Shown here one piece after another: positions 1-8,909 of a stretch of DNA of 20,000 bases. Source of the stretch: an uncultured virus (IMG/VR IMGVR_UViG_3300037792_000004) (Duplodnaviria; Heunggongvirae; Uroviricota; Caudoviricetes). The DNA lies in the IMG/VR virus record IMGVR_UViG_3300037792_000004. The stretch is one strand, 5' to 3'. The translations under genes and the position numbers were made by a program. The notes below the pieces were generated by a model that saw only the letters and a program-made list of their open reading frames with translations, had not been told where the DNA came from and did no database searches. Within the stretch, counting starts at the first letter, position 1, and the number at the start of each line of letters is the position of its first letter.

Positions 1-141
1 ATACAGATCCCGCCAGACACCGCGCAGGAGGCCGAGGCAATCGCAGCCGGCGCCCTTGCAGCTCGCCTGATGCACATACGGCGTGCCGATCCAAGATCGG
101 GCCGTTGCAACGATATCGGTGCGGGTGACCGGAACGCTCAT
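1..141 (-). CDS. NlpC/P60 phage cell-wall peptidase (RcGTA g14-like), 5' part only
   Basis: Own translation from ATG 141: MSVPVTRTDIVATARSWIGTPYVHQASCKGAGCDCLGLLRGVWRDLY, with WIGTPY and catalytic GCDC motifs. ATGA overlap with the upstream stop. Confidence 0.93.
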   Translation of the reverse strand, partial: MSVPVTRTDIVATARSWIGTPYVHQASCKGAGCDCLGLLRGVWRDLY

Positions 142-1022
142 TTGAACAGGCTCCCGCCATCGTTCAGATCATCCTTGTCCGCATAACCGATGATCACCTG
201 ATTGCCTGGAATATGCGGGAAGCCGCCGAAGTTGGCGCCATTCAAAAAACGCGCCTGGCAGGTCTCAAACCGCTTGTCGCATCCGGCCTGAACCGAAAAG
301 GTATCGTCCGGCTCAATGCTGTCGGCCATCGGCAGCGAGAGTTCAAACGTCACTGTTCCAAGAGCGTTTGAATGCCGTTTGATCTCCATTTTTCGGCCCG
401 CATTGCCGCCGCTTGTCCAGGTCAAGAGACCATGGCGGAACAATCCGTCGTCCTTGTCATCGAGACCCGAGGCGGTGAAGCTGAGGAGATCGAACCCTTC
501 CACCACCACGCCGGGGAAGGTCCACCCCGCCAGCGCCACCTGGCAGCGCTTGTCGCCCAGCTCCCAGGAGCACGTCCGGTCGAACTGGCGGCCATACGTC
601 TGCCCGAGCCGGTGCGCCAGGCCGCGCAGTTCCGCCAGAAAGGCGGTCGGTCCCCGGGTGATCTCGCCGATGTTGCCCTTGCGCAGCAGCAGCCGGCTCG
701 CCGGATTGCTCCAGTCGGTCAGCCAGATTTCGATCTCCGCATCGTCCCAAAGCCTGCGGGCAATGTCGTCCTCGGTGATGGTTGAGGAGGAGAGGGCTCC
801 CTCGACATCGAGGTTGTCGACCGCAAGTCCGAGGCTGGTTTCCATGGAAGTGGCGGTAAAGCCCGTCGCCGCTTCATAGGTAAGGCCATCAACGCTCAGC
901 GGCCGGTCGTGATCGGTAAAGCCGAACACCGCCCCATCTCGGCGCTCCACCCGCCACAAGCGGCAATGGGTGGTCGCCCGGCTGTTCAGATTGGCCTGCA
1001 TGGCATCCGGCACTGTTTTCAT
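138..1022 (-). CDS. DUF2163/BR0599-family tail hub protein (RcGTA g13-like)
   Basis: FGFTDHDRPL, LAVDNLDVEGAL, AELRGL, conserved Cys motifs CSWELGDKRC and GCDKRFETC, NFGGFPHIPG; synteny. Confidence 0.93.
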   Translation of the reverse strand: MKTVPDAMQANLNSRATTHCRLWRVERRDGAVFGFTDHDRPLSVDGLTYEAATGFTATSMETSLGLAVDNLDVEGALSSSTITEDDIARRLWDDAEIEIWLTDWSNPASRLLLRKGNIGEITRGPTAFLAELRGLAHRLGQTYGRQFDRTCSWELGDKRCQVALAGWTFPGVVVEGFDLLSFTASGLDDKDDGLFRHGLLTWTSGGNAGRKMEIKRHSNALGTVTFELSLPMADSIEPDDTFSVQAGCDKRFETCQARFLNGANFGGFPHIPGNQVIIGYADKDDLNDGGSLFK

Positions 1023-1645
1023 ATCTTCACCTCCACGACTGGAATGGCGCGGATCTCGCCGAGGCGGATGTTGGTGAGATTGGTCTGGATGATGTCCGTG
1101 TCGAAGCGGCAGGGCACATCGAACTCAAACCCCGCCGTGATCATCCCGGAGGCCGGAGCAACATCGAAGGTGACCTGGCCGGTCGCCAGATCCACTGACC
1201 AGCCGGAAGCCTGCGGCGTCCCATCGACGGCCACCACCACCGTGCCTGCGACCGGCTTGGTGATCGTGCGGGACCAGCTGCGCCCGCCGGAAGAATACGC
1301 CTTGCTGAGCTGGAAGGTGGTCCGGGTTCCGTCCGCCGCGCCGATCTCCTGATCCAGCGGCGTCAGCGGCGCAGACGGTCTCGCCGATTTGTAATCAGAC
1401 CAGTCCTTGAACCGGAAACCCCTGAGGCGGCCGGAGCGGGCTTCAAAAAACGAGACCACGGCGGCCAGATGATCCGGGTGGCGGATGCCGGAGCCGACAT
1501 CGTATTTGCGCCGGCTGTCCGCCCATGGCGTGTTGCGTTCTTCAAAGCCAGATGTCAGTTCGACGATTTCCGTGCGCCGTTCTGGCCCGCCTTGCGCGCC
1601 CCTGGCCACAATTTCCGGGAACTGGATCTCGTCAAAATCGGCCAT
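1019..1645 (-). CDS. DUF2460 (TIGR02217) distal tail protein (RcGTA g12-like)
   Basis: GGPERRTEIVELTSGFEERN, FFEARSGRLRGFRFKDWSDY, AGFEFDVPCRFDTD. Confidence 0.95.
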   Translation of the reverse strand: MADFDEIQFPEIVARGAQGGPERRTEIVELTSGFEERNTPWADSRRKYDVGSGIRHPDHLAAVVSFFEARSGRLRGFRFKDWSDYKSARPSAPLTPLDQEIGAADGTRTTFQLSKAYSSGGRSWSRTITKPVAGTVVVAVDGTPQASGWSVDLATGQVTFDVAPASGMITAGFEFDVPCRFDTDIIQTNLTNIRLGEIRAIPVVEVKI

Positions 1646-1649
1646 GGCG

Positions 1650-2552
1650 TTATCCGTTCCGGCCTCCGCGCAGGTTCATGCGGGCGAACTCTCCGGCGAG
1701 CTGCGATCGGGACGCCCGGAAGCTCTGGATGTCCGGCGTTGCGATGTTCATGATGAACGTGTCGCCGGTCTGCTGGACCGGACCGGGTTGGCTTCTTGCC
1801 GTTTCGGTTTGCGTCAATCTCGGTGCTGAAAAAGCGGATGTCGTGACCAGGCCGCCGTCCTGATAGCCACGAAGAGCGCCCTGACGCAGAGCTTCCAGGG
1901 TATTGACGCCGATCTTCCGGGTGGACTGAGCGTCAAAGACATATTCGTTCCGGTGCACCAACCCGGCGACCTCCGTGTCGCTCCCCCTGCCCGTTGAACC
2001 GCCACTATCGAAGGATCCGAACAATCCACCCAGAAAGCCGCCGGCCGCGCCAAGCGTCGGACGCGCTGTCCCAAAGAGCGCATTGGTGAGCGGATTGATT
2101 GCGGCAAGCTGCAGTCCGAGCTGCGAGACCTCCGTAATCACCGACCGTAACGCGCCGGTCAGATCCCCATCCGCCAACCGGGTCACAAGCGAGCGGATCG
2201 CCGTTTCCCCGGTCCGCTGCACCGCGCTCCAGGCACTCTGAAGCTCCTCAAGCGCCAGCGTTTCCTCCGCGATCGCCCGGGCATTGTCGCGCAGGCTTGC
2301 GGCCGTCCCCCGGCTGTGGCCGTCTATATCCGCCAGCGTGATCGTCAGCTCCGGAATGGTCCGGGCGAGCTCTCCGGCGGCCGCGCCGGTGTCTTTGAAG
2401 CCGCCCGCCACGCCGCCGAGCTGTTCTTGTTGCGCGGTCAGAACGTCCGTTCCGGTCTCGCCAAGACCGGCAATCGCTTTTTGAGCATCCTTGGCCCCAT
2501 CCACCACGCCCGTGGCATCCAGCGTTGCCAGCATGGTCAGCTTCAAGGTCAT
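1650..2552 (-). CDS. Short (300 aa) tail tape measure protein
   Basis: Start moved from 2624 to ATG 2552 (AAAAGGA RBS upstream; the extension runs through palindromic repeats). Ala/Gly-rich helical sequence; TMP C-terminal motifs FDSGGSTG..AGLVHRNEYVF and GYQDGGLV; directly upstream of the distal tail gene. Confidence 0.85.
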   Translation of the reverse strand: MTLKLTMLATLDATGVVDGAKDAQKAIAGLGETGTDVLTAQQEQLGGVAGGFKDTGAAAGELARTIPELTITLADIDGHSRGTAASLRDNARAIAEETLALEELQSAWSAVQRTGETAIRSLVTRLADGDLTGALRSVITEVSQLGLQLAAINPLTNALFGTARPTLGAAGGFLGGLFGSFDSGGSTGRGSDTEVAGLVHRNEYVFDAQSTRKIGVNTLEALRQGALRGYQDGGLVTTSAFSAPRLTQTETARSQPGPVQQTGDTFIMNIATPDIQSFRASRSQLAGEFARMNLRGGRNG

Positions 2553-2576
2553 CCACCGTCCTTTTTCTTCCGCGCC

Positions 2577-2621
2577 GCCCCGGACCCGATCCGGGGCCTG
2601 CCCCGAACCACGATCCGGGGG
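2577..2621. repeat. Two tandem REP/RPE-like palindromes in the TMP leader
   Basis: gccccgga-cccga-tccggggc (2577-2597) plus degenerate gccccgaa-ccacga-tccggggg (2600-2621); same family as copies at 8804, 8885, 11905, 14805. Confidence 0.7.
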
Positions 2622-2677
2622 CACTCAGGGGCTCTTCGAAACACTCGGCCCTCGGGCGCTCGTCTCCGGCGTTGCGC

Positions 2678-2723
2678 AGTGTCGCGCGCGCGCGGCCCGT
2701 CCAACACCCGGGCGGGTGCACGG
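2678..2723 (-). promoter_or_regulatory. Putative activator-dependent late promoter (copy B) for TMP and tail-tip genes
   Basis: Minus strand CCGTGCACCCGCCCGGGTGT (2723-2704), 18/20 identical to the copy upstream of the protease gene, then 20 nt, then GACACT (2683-2678). Confidence 0.6.
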
Positions 2724-2922
2724 GGGATTGGGAAGGGTTGGTTTAGCGCGGGGCGGGCGGTGATGCCGGTCCCTTGGGGTGGGGGAACTGGGAGGGGGAT
2801 TCGGCAGGGGTGGTAGGTGACGCGAATCGTGCGTATATGCAACCGGAGCTACAGCGTACGTTTAACTCATTTTGCGTGTGCCTACTGCAACAGAACGGAT
2901 AGAGAGAGGTTTCAGCCGCTTC

Positions 2923-4284
2923 ATGGAATGGTTCAGCCAGTCCTTCAACAACCGGGAAATTGCTTCAGCGATCTGGTTGGCTATCGGGGCGGTGTTTTTT
3001 GTCCCGTACTTATTGCCGACAGCCGATTTGAAGAGATTGGTCTTCGAGTTATTGAAGGCTCTTTTCCAGCCAAGACTGGTAGTCTTGTTTGGTGCCTACG
3101 CTCTTTGGGTCACGCTAGGGGCCTATCTACTGTCCCTTGTAGGTTTATGGACCGCATTTGAGCTTAAAAACACCATCATGTGGTTCTTGTTTTCCGGTGC
3201 GGGCTTGCTTGCCAGAGCTATACAGCACGACGGTGATGCCTCGTTCTTTGGTGAAATTATTCGCGATCAATTTCGGATTTTGGCCGTCTTTGAGTTTGTT
3301 GTGGTTGCCTACTCGTTTGCGCTTTGGCTGGAGCTATTGCTCGTTCCCTTCGTGACATTGCTGACCGGTTTACAGTTTGTCGCCGAACGGGAGGAAAAGT
3401 TTGCTCCGGTGAAGAGGCTCATTGACGGGATATTGCTCGGCATAGCTGTGATGGCTATTTGGCATTTCGTTGCATCTGTAATGGAAAATACAGGCACTTT
3501 CTTTTCTTTGCAGACCATGCGCGATGTGTTGCTGCCGATCCTGCTAAGCGCGTTCTCGATACCAATATATTATTTGACGTATTGTTATTCGCGTTGGGAA
3601 AATGCAGTAATCCGGATTGGATTGAAGACCTATCAATCTGACGTATTGAAAGAACAAGCCAAAGCTACTTTCTGTCGGAATCTCTTTCTTCAACCAGTGT
3701 TATTGGACCGGGCGGTTCGCCAGTTTCAAACCCTGCCTGCCAAAAACAAACCAGATCTCGATGAGATCGTTGCCGAGATTAGGCAGTACGAGCGCCTGAA
3801 GGCATCACCACCCACAGTACCGGCAGAAAAAGGATGGTGTCCCTACAAAGCTGAACAATTCCTGACGGAACAGGAATTGGAAACGTCGGACTACCATAGC
3901 ACAGGTTTTGACGAAAAATGGTTTGCAGAATCCAGTTCCAAATACATTTCTGACACCTTCCCGCGAGAAAAGCTGACGTATAGCCTCCACGGAAAAAAAG
4001 GCGCTGCCAACGCGCTAAAACTTAGGGGCAGCTTCCAGATTACACCGCATCCAACGACAGGGTTGTCCGCGCTTCAAGATGCAGCGGCAACATTGGCTAA
4101 AAATGCCATTGGCGTTGAAGACCTGCCAGGCCTAATAGTCTCCGCGATTCGTGAAGCATCGGATGCCGAAACGTTTGTTGATCGCCATGTCCTGTCTGTG
4201 GCTGCATCGCGTTTTGGCGAAGCGAATATCCTTGATATGGAATTTTCTATCCGCCCGCAAAAGCGTGGCAGAAATGGAAACTGA
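2923..4284 (+). CDS. Multi-pass membrane protein of unknown function with soluble C-terminal domain
   Basis: Long ORF opposite to the phage genes; roughly 6-7 hydrophobic segments in the first ~220 aa. Start at ATG 2923 after AGAGAGG (track start 2872). Confidence 0.8.
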   Translation: MEWFSQSFNNREIASAIWLAIGAVFFVPYLLPTADLKRLVFELLKALFQPRLVVLFGAYALWVTLGAYLLSLVGLWTAFELKNTIMWFLFSGAGLLARAIQHDGDASFFGEIIRDQFRILAVFEFVVVAYSFALWLELLLVPFVTLLTGLQFVAEREEKFAPVKRLIDGILLGIAVMAIWHFVASVMENTGTFFSLQTMRDVLLPILLSAFSIPIYYLTYCYSRWENAVIRIGLKTYQSDVLKEQAKATFCRNLFLQPVLLDRAVRQFQTLPAKNKPDLDEIVAEIRQYERLKASPPTVPAEKGWCPYKAEQFLTEQELETSDYHSTGFDEKWFAESSSKYISDTFPREKLTYSLHGKKGAANALKLRGSFQITPHPTTGLSALQDAAATLAKNAIGVEDLPGLIVSAIREASDAETFVDRHVLSVAASRFGEANILDMEFSIRPQKRGRNGN

Positions 4285-4376
4285 AATATCAATCTTGAAT
4301 TCAAATCATTTCCCGATCAGCCCGGCAGCTCGGCCGAGTTTGCAGCCTTCATTTGTAACTTAAACGGGGCAAAGAC

Positions 4377-5351
4377 ATGAACCTAACGCTCGATCAATGT
4401 GATGCGCTCGATCGTGAAATTGACAGTTTGAATGGAAAAACAGAACTTCGCATACGCGATGTGGAAGAAACATTTGGCAAAGTCTTGAACGTGCTCCTTG
4501 TACAGGAGGGGTTTGGCCGCATAAATACGCCTCGTAGTTCCGATGGAGGTGTCGACTTCATTTGGGAAAGAAACGCTTCAGGCGATCCACTGGATTCGGA
4601 GAAATGTGGCGTCACTATCAAGTATTATCGAAACAAAGTTGGCATATCAGAGCTCCAGAAACTGCTTGCAGTTTCGGTTCTAGGCAGTTTCAACCGAGCC
4701 CTTTTAGTCAGCAACTCCGAATTCACGCAAAAAGCACACGATCTGGTCAACCGAGAGCTTCCGGTCAAGGTTGAGTTGGTAGGGCTTTCCGATTTAAAAA
4801 ATTGGGTCGCGCGGTTTCGGAATAATGAGCCCGATATTGAAACGGAAGTCCGAATAATAATGCGAGATCTAAGCGAAATTCTCGCGCGCATGATTGCTCG
4901 GGATAAAAGTACGCTTGTTCATTTGGAATGGCGCGATGTCGAGCGGGTTGTAGCAGAAGTTTTTGATGGCTTGGGATTTCGAGTTGCCTTGACCCCAGGG
5001 TCGAAGGACGGTGGCAAGGATGTGGTAGTCACTTGTTTTGCCGAGGGGCGCGAAGCCGAGTATTATATCGAAATCAAGCATTGGCGATCATCGACAAAGG
5101 TTGGTTCTGGTGCGGTTGAAAAGCTCCTAAAAGTGATTGTCGAAGAGAAGAAGGATGGGGGGATGTTTCTGTCCACATACGGCTTCACTTGCAATGCATT
5201 CGAGCAGTTGACCACGATTGACAGGCAAAAATTATGTTTCGGCGATCAGGAGCGGATCGCGACTTTCTGCAAGACATATGTGAAAGCAAAGGCAGGCCTC
5301 TGGTCTCCACCTGAAAACTTGGGAGAGGTATTATTTGACAAGAAAAACTGA
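4377..5351 (+). CDS. Mrr-like restriction endonuclease with two tandem PD-(D/E)xK domains
   Basis: Domain 1: EETFGKVL..EGF..TPRSSDGGVDF..TIK..KVG..LVSNSEFT. Domain 2: VERVVAEVF..LGF..TPGSKDGGKDV..EIK..KVG..LSTYGFT. Confidence 0.85.
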   Translation: MNLTLDQCDALDREIDSLNGKTELRIRDVEETFGKVLNVLLVQEGFGRINTPRSSDGGVDFIWERNASGDPLDSEKCGVTIKYYRNKVGISELQKLLAVSVLGSFNRALLVSNSEFTQKAHDLVNRELPVKVELVGLSDLKNWVARFRNNEPDIETEVRIIMRDLSEILARMIARDKSTLVHLEWRDVERVVAEVFDGLGFRVALTPGSKDGGKDVVVTCFAEGREAEYYIEIKHWRSSTKVGSGAVEKLLKVIVEEKKDGGMFLSTYGFTCNAFEQLTTIDRQKLCFGDQERIATFCKTYVKAKAGLWSPPENLGEVLFDKKN

Positions 5352-5412
5352 AGCGGAGGCTTCCGTAAAACAGTGACGAGTTCTAATTCTACTGATGCAT
5401 CAGCGCTTAGAA

Positions 5413-7791
5413 TTATTCGTCATTTGCGCCGTACTGGTGTTTCCGGAGCTCAAGAGACTCTTGCGCGCGTTCGCGTTCGTGGACCTCGGCAACTTTGAGG
5501 CTTTCAATGTGCCGTTCAGCGAATTCTCGCACATTTAAATCTTCATTATACAACCAGTCTTGCAGTTCAACTGCCTTTCGAGCATAGGCGTCCGCAATTC
5601 CAAATTCCCCGGAGACGACACCTGTCGACGTTAATACAGAGAATACGTCAGACATCAGTTTTTCGTCTGAAGAATGTGTTGCAACTACTTCTCGGCAAAC
5701 ATTGTGCAAGAACGGCTGACCGTGGTAATTTTTTAGAATGTCGAGAGAAAATTTTGCATGTGATTTCTCGCCAGTTCTCACCAGAGCAATGAGTTCACGT
5801 TCCAATTCCTCACCAAAATTTGGGTAGACATTGGCGATTAGGCGTCCACCGCGAAACTGAAACAAAACATCTTTTTCATCATACCATGAGCGCACAGTGC
5901 TCACGATAAGCTTTGCGTTTTTCGAAAGTGGTTCTATCAATTCATGGAAATCGAACGGAATTGCTTCACAATCATCCAAACATTCTTCCGAGATAATACG
6001 CTGCCTGAAAAAGTCGAGGACCAAATCCGGTCGCAATTCCGCGACTGGTTTGAGAAGTTCCTCGGCCGTATTGTCAATCCGCTGGACACATAACAAAGCC
6101 TCTATCAGCACCATCAGTTTGTCTTCAGGCAGCTCCTCAGTTATTTTTTGGAGACGACGAACGTCCCAGATGAATTTCACCCAGTCTTTGCTTTGCAAGT
6201 CGGTCAATCGCCTTAACACAGGCACAAACAGACGATCTACGGCGACACCGGGATCGCTTTCATATATGTGGCTGCCGACTTCCAGCAGCAGTGACAAGAT
6301 ATATTCGTTTTTATTTGCGAACGCTTGCTCAAGAACAATTTCCAACAGCTCAATATCGAGCTGCTGATCGCCAAGAAAGAGCTTGGCAATTGCTTCAAGT
6401 TCCAAACCCTCATCAGCGCGTTGCTTCAGCAGCGTCTGACAATCATTCCTATATGTCGTTTGAAGGAGGCCTCGGTAGATTGGGATAGTGAATTTTTCGA
6501 CCTGCTCAAGATGATTGCCAACGAGTTCAAAAGCGAGGTTAGGCTTTAATTCCGCCAGTTCTCGCAAGAATCCAAAGAAAATCGGAAACGTAGCCAAGTC
6601 GGTGGACTCGGTCTTGCAAAATTCAAGGATCCTCTCTTTCCAGGTGGCCCAATTCTCTTCGCTCACTTCGTGTGCGAATTCGGATGAATTTTGCTGGCGC
6701 TCACCCTCGACCTTAGCGAAGTCTGTTTCTGTAGAAAGGGACTCTTCCCAATCCTCGAACACGCTCTCAAACCCGATGAGAACCCGATAAATCTGATATT
6801 CTGGATTTTCGTAAAGGGTATCGCGTATTTCTAGGCAAGACTGCCTGATCGCGTCAGATATACCGTGATAATAGCGCCAATAGACGTCGTGTTCAGTTTT
6901 TTGAAGCACGGGAAAGCGCTCCTCGGGGATCTTGCCTTTAATCCAATCAAGAACATCCAAACCGTTCTCGACGATTACTTCTTTAAGATCATCTCCACAC
7001 TCACCTCTAGAGGGAACATCCATTGAAGCCATCATTAAGCGAATAAGTGATATTTTCTCCGAAATGGATCGGTCTGCATGATAGATGCTTTTTAAGAAGT
7101 TTACCGTCCGGTTCCGGACGTCAATCGTTTGATCGCAAACTGGAAGCGCTCTGCTGGACCATGTGACGCTCTTGTAATCCCAGGATGTTCCTTCCAACGA
7201 TGGAGAAAGGAGTTCCTCACAAAGACATTGAACAGCTTCAATGTGCCCGTGCATGAACTCGGTCTGGTTCTTTTCCAAATAAGCCAATATTTCAAGCTGT
7301 GGCGAGGCCCCTAAACCAGGCCGACCTTCGCCTCCATAGAATACTTGGATATCGTAAGACGCACACTTTCTCAGGGCCTCGAGAGCGGCTCTGACCACTG
7401 TTTCATCGGTATCCTCGCAATACCGAATGAATATGTCTACAACTGCCGGCGTATCGAAGTAGCGAAAGAGCTGAACAAGTTCCAACGTCTCCTTGGTGAG
7501 ATAAGTTTGTGCTTCTACAGGCGATGTTGGGTCATATTCTGTAACGCTGTTTATGAATACAGGCCCCCGCAGCTTCTCAAGAAACTTTGATAAGGTGGGG
7601 ATCAGGTGATCAGCAACCCTATGCCCGTAAACAGTCAGTTCCTCCAAGACAGATTCCAATTGATGATAATCTGTGCTTTCAGTCAGAATTACTGCGGCTT
7701 TCTGAAACTCGTTTTTGAGCGCCAAGGAGGCCTTATCGCTTTGTGACCGGCTGAGTTGCTTCAGTATTTTGAGCTTGTCATCCCGCGCCAT
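5413..7791 (-). CDS. 792-aa alpha-helical (HEAT/ARM-like) protein, putative anti-phage sensor
   Basis: Leu/Glu-rich amphipathic helices throughout, no Walker A motif, GGAGG RBS inside the upstream gene. Resemblance to Avs4/STAND C-terminal regions is recalled, not searched. Confidence 0.6.
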   Translation of the reverse strand: MARDDKLKILKQLSRSQSDKASLALKNEFQKAAVILTESTDYHQLESVLEELTVYGHRVADHLIPTLSKFLEKLRGPVFINSVTEYDPTSPVEAQTYLTKETLELVQLFRYFDTPAVVDIFIRYCEDTDETVVRAALEALRKCASYDIQVFYGGEGRPGLGASPQLEILAYLEKNQTEFMHGHIEAVQCLCEELLSPSLEGTSWDYKSVTWSSRALPVCDQTIDVRNRTVNFLKSIYHADRSISEKISLIRLMMASMDVPSRGECGDDLKEVIVENGLDVLDWIKGKIPEERFPVLQKTEHDVYWRYYHGISDAIRQSCLEIRDTLYENPEYQIYRVLIGFESVFEDWEESLSTETDFAKVEGERQQNSSEFAHEVSEENWATWKERILEFCKTESTDLATFPIFFGFLRELAELKPNLAFELVGNHLEQVEKFTIPIYRGLLQTTYRNDCQTLLKQRADEGLELEAIAKLFLGDQQLDIELLEIVLEQAFANKNEYILSLLLEVGSHIYESDPGVAVDRLFVPVLRRLTDLQSKDWVKFIWDVRRLQKITEELPEDKLMVLIEALLCVQRIDNTAEELLKPVAELRPDLVLDFFRQRIISEECLDDCEAIPFDFHELIEPLSKNAKLIVSTVRSWYDEKDVLFQFRGGRLIANVYPNFGEELERELIALVRTGEKSHAKFSLDILKNYHGQPFLHNVCREVVATHSSDEKLMSDVFSVLTSTGVVSGEFGIADAYARKAVELQDWLYNEDLNVREFAERHIESLKVAEVHERERAQESLELRKHQYGANDE

Positions 7792-7793
7792 AG

Positions 7794-8636
7794 CTAGAGG
7801 GCCTCCAGTTTTGCAAGGAATTGGTCAGCGTATGCCTCGGCGGCTTCGCTGCAGATTGCTATATTCAGCGGAAGAATGTGTGATGCGGTTACTTTTATGA
7901 GACCCATCTGAGCAAGACGTTCAACGTTTGCAGCAATGGCAGATACGTCCAAACCACACTCAGCGATCAAGTCATTAAGCTGTTCTTTTGACATAGGATC
8001 GAGCCACATGCTGTATCCTAGGATGCGGCGCCTTATCTCACGGTCGCCGGCTTCAATGTCGTCCAATACCTGTTCAAGCGACGGTTGGTTTGTTAGGGTT
8101 TCTACCGGCGCTTCCAATGGTGGTTTCCGGCTTTTGTGGTCGGCAACAATTCGCTCAAATTGGTCAATAACAGCATCGTCGAATTCATGATCTTGCGAGC
8201 TCAGTTTGCATATTTTTCTTAGACGATGAGGAGAAAGCTCCATCGCCATATTCAGCAAATCATTTCTGCACCAAGCACGTATTTCAATGCCAGGGTGTTT
8301 TTCGCGTAGATCTCCCAGAAGTACGTTGCAAGTAGTCCATAGTTCGCGCTGATTGAAGACAAATACCCATTTTAACATGCGGTTGCCAAAATGTTTTACG
8401 GCACCATGAAAGTCTTCATTAATTTTCTTCGCTGTATCTGCAGGATTAGGTTTCTCCGGTCCGTAACACTGGAATACAGTTTGTTCCGTTACATGATAAC
8501 CGTCACATTTATGGTCACCATGCCGCCCTTGAGGTTTCCAGCTTTCGAAATCCTCTCCCCATCTCTCCTTAGCAAGTTCGATAAAGAAATCCTCAAAACC
8601 CTGCATCGTTTTTTCGCGCAGGAGATCCGCAATCAA
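7794..8636 (-). CDS. PD-(D/E)xK REase-fold nuclease with putative C-terminal winged helix
   Basis: QGFEDFF..F...KPQGRHGDHKCDG..VFQCYGP..KINEDF..KWVFVFN, the pattern of REase effectors in ABC-3C/Lamassu-like and STAND systems. C-terminal LIAECGLD..VERLAQMGLIKV looks wHTH-like. Start uncertain (TTG 8636 or ATG 8606). Confidence 0.7.
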   Translation of the reverse strand: MIADLLREKTMQGFEDFFIELAKERWGEDFESWKPQGRHGDHKCDGYHVTEQTVFQCYGPEKPNPADTAKKINEDFHGAVKHFGNRMLKWVFVFNQRELWTTCNVLLGDLREKHPGIEIRAWCRNDLLNMAMELSPHRLRKICKLSSQDHEFDDAVIDQFERIVADHKSRKPPLEAPVETLTNQPSLEQVLDDIEAGDREIRRRILGYSMWLDPMSKEQLNDLIAECGLDVSAIAANVERLAQMGLIKVTASHILPLNIAICSEAAEAYADQFLAKLEAL

Positions 8637-8800
8637 GAGAGCTTCTAAGGGATAAGCCAGGGCGAAACACCGAGTCGTTCACAATTGTCTGCAACTTAGC
8701 TCAAAAATCTTCAAAAAATCAAAAAAGTACAGTGCCGCTAATTCTCGGAACTTCACGACATCTGATCAAAGGGCCTGTCACCGGCCGCCGAGTATCGGCA

Positions 8801-8830
8801 TGGATCACCGGATCAAGTCCGGTGATGACG
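8801..8830. repeat. REP/RPE-like palindrome
   Basis: atcaccgga-tcaag-tccggtgat followed by gac. Confidence 0.8.
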
Positions 8831-8881
8831 GCAGTGGGTATGGGGGCGTCGGTTTTTAATCTCCAAGGCTCTGGAAATGAT

Positions 8882-8908
8882 TGGATCCCCGATCAAGTCG
8901 GGGATGAC
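8882..8908. repeat. REP/RPE-like palindrome
   Basis: atccccga-tcaag-tcggggat followed by gac; same loop and tail as the 8801 copy. Confidence 0.8.
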
Positions 8909-8909
8909 A

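Noticed and set aside
2622..2677. Hammerhead ribozyme or riboswitch in the TMP leader (CGAAAC seen)
   Set aside because: No CUGANGA core on the matching strand and no recognisable aptamer consensus.
2248..2842. Several short ORFs around the TMP start, including the 24-aa TMP extension to 2624
   Set aside because: Low-complexity translations of repeats and G-tracts; the stub homology and RBS support ATG 2552.
5381..5412. Palindrome CTGATGCATCAG with TTCTAA/TTAGAA flanks between convergent genes
   Set aside because: No U-tract on either strand; may be a weak bidirectional terminator but is not supportable.
7792..7796. Possible read-through or broken single gene joining the REase and helical ORFs
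   Set aside because: Different frames, no slippery site, and a good RBS for the second gene; a fusion would still lack an NTPase.
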